NCBI GenBank assembly: GCA_963777955.1
Contig: CAVZSQ010000015.1
Span: 160,001-224,000 of the forward strand
Length of the DNA: 64,000 nucleotides
Reading direction: 5' to 3'
Source of the DNA: Calditrichia bacterium
GTDB taxonomy: Bacteria > Calditrichota > Calditrichia > JAJRVZ01
The translations under genes were made by a program, and so were the position numbers. Below the pieces are notes generated by a model. It saw nothing but the letters and a program-made list of their open reading frames with translations. It did not search any database and was not told the DNA's origin. How positions within the stretch are numbered: position 1 is the stretch's first letter; each line of letters opens with the position of its first letter. This document shows, piece after piece, positions 62,978-64,000 of the stretch.

Positions 62978-64000
62978 TCAGATACTCAATCGTTGAACAT
63001 TCCATTTTTCAATTAAATAATCATAAATCAATCTGGTAATGATAATGGCGGTGAACATACTGGTAACAAGTACCAATCATCAGGGTCAAGGCAAATCCTC
63101 TTATCGAGCCGGTACCGAACTGTGTATAAAACCACTCCGGCAATAAAGGTGGTAACATTGGAATCCAGGATAGCCCGGAAAGCATTGCTGTAGCCCTGAT
63201 CGACAGCTGCTTTGATTGTTTTGCCGTGACGAAGTTCTTCCCTGATCCTTTCATTGATCAGCACATTGGCATCGACCGACATACCCATGGTCAGGATGAT
63301 ACCGGCGATACCGGGCAGGGTCAAAGTGGCGTTAAAGTAAGCCATAACAGCCAGTATAAATAAAATATTGGCGAACAGCGCTAAATCGGCTATGACACCG
63401 GACCAAAGGTAATATATAATCATAAACACAGCGACAATGATGAAACCCAGTAACGCTGAAAAACTGCCCTGATTAACGGAATCCCGTCCCAGCGAAGGAC
63501 CGACAGTCCGTTCTTCAATTGTTTTCACCGGCGCAGGTAACGCACCCGCCCTCAAAACTATGGCCAGGTCCTTCGCTTCCTCCATTGAATTTAATCCGGT
63601 GATCCGGCTGCGACCGTCGCGGATCTTTACCTGGATTTCCGGAGCCAGGTACACTTTATTATCCATGATGATCGCCAGGCGTTTCTTGATATTGGCACCG
63701 GTTACGCGGGAAAAGATACGGGCACCTTCATCGTTTAAGGTCAGGGATACTTCAAATTTTCCGATGGCATTGGGATCCATCTGGCTGCCGGTCATGGGAT
63801 CTGCTTCGGTAATGGTTTCACCGCCCAGTTCCGTCTGGCTGAAAACCAGGTAAAGTTCATAATAACGATCATACTTGGCTTCGGATCCCCACAGGTATTC
63901 AGCGGATCCGGCTTCATCACTGATAATTTTTTTGACTTGCGGTAATAATAATAGCTGTCTGAATTTTGCTTCCTTCTCGATAGGCACCAGGATTACCTGC
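62978..64000 (-). CDS. secD: Protein translocase subunit SecD, 5' part outside window, frameshifts near 63060-63120
   Basis: RLAIIMD, LRAGALPAP, RTVGPSLG, TLTLPGIAGIILTMGMSVDANVLINERIREE, DSNVTT, GFALTL. Confidence 0.95.

Overview
Mostly core chromosome of a Gram-negative bacterium. Gene content suggests an FCB-related lineage such as Calditrichota/KSB1 (inference only). Positions 1-14.5 kb run on the + strand: truB-ribF-rpsO-pnp, M16 peptidase, alanine-dehydrogenase-like protein, polysaccharide deacetylase, MerR, two tRNA-Pro, pcm, dedA, leuS. From 14.8 kb the genes run on the - strand: yqeB/yqeC-PIN-AbrB-eIF2B-like-cutA, pdxST, engB, trxA, rlpA, cobB, tRNA-Arg, apt, asnS, gpsA, plsY, purM, mrfAB-like helicase/exonuclease, TPR proteins, uvrD, mltG, trpD, purA, secF, secD. 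About a dozen genes, including normally essential ones, are broken by small indels that are most likely assembly errors. The standout is a ~6.5 kb module between plsY and purM (36350-42850). A sigma-54 promoter with four phased palindromic enhancer-like sites precedes a cobalamin-dependent radical SAM gene. That gene is followed by an unannotated 39-aa ORF (signal peptide plus an 11-residue tail, QCQRIAARTIE), an orphan family-5 peptide-binding protein, a HAMP histidine kinase and a sigma-54 response regulator. This is the architecture expected of a self-inducing, modified-peptide signalling (quorum-sensing-like RiPP) circuit; that function is inferred, not shown. Several enzymes (AlaDH-like, eIF2B/R15Pi-like, PIN, TrpD, UshA-like) have degenerate catalytic motifs. 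No CRISPR array, rRNA or mobile element was seen.
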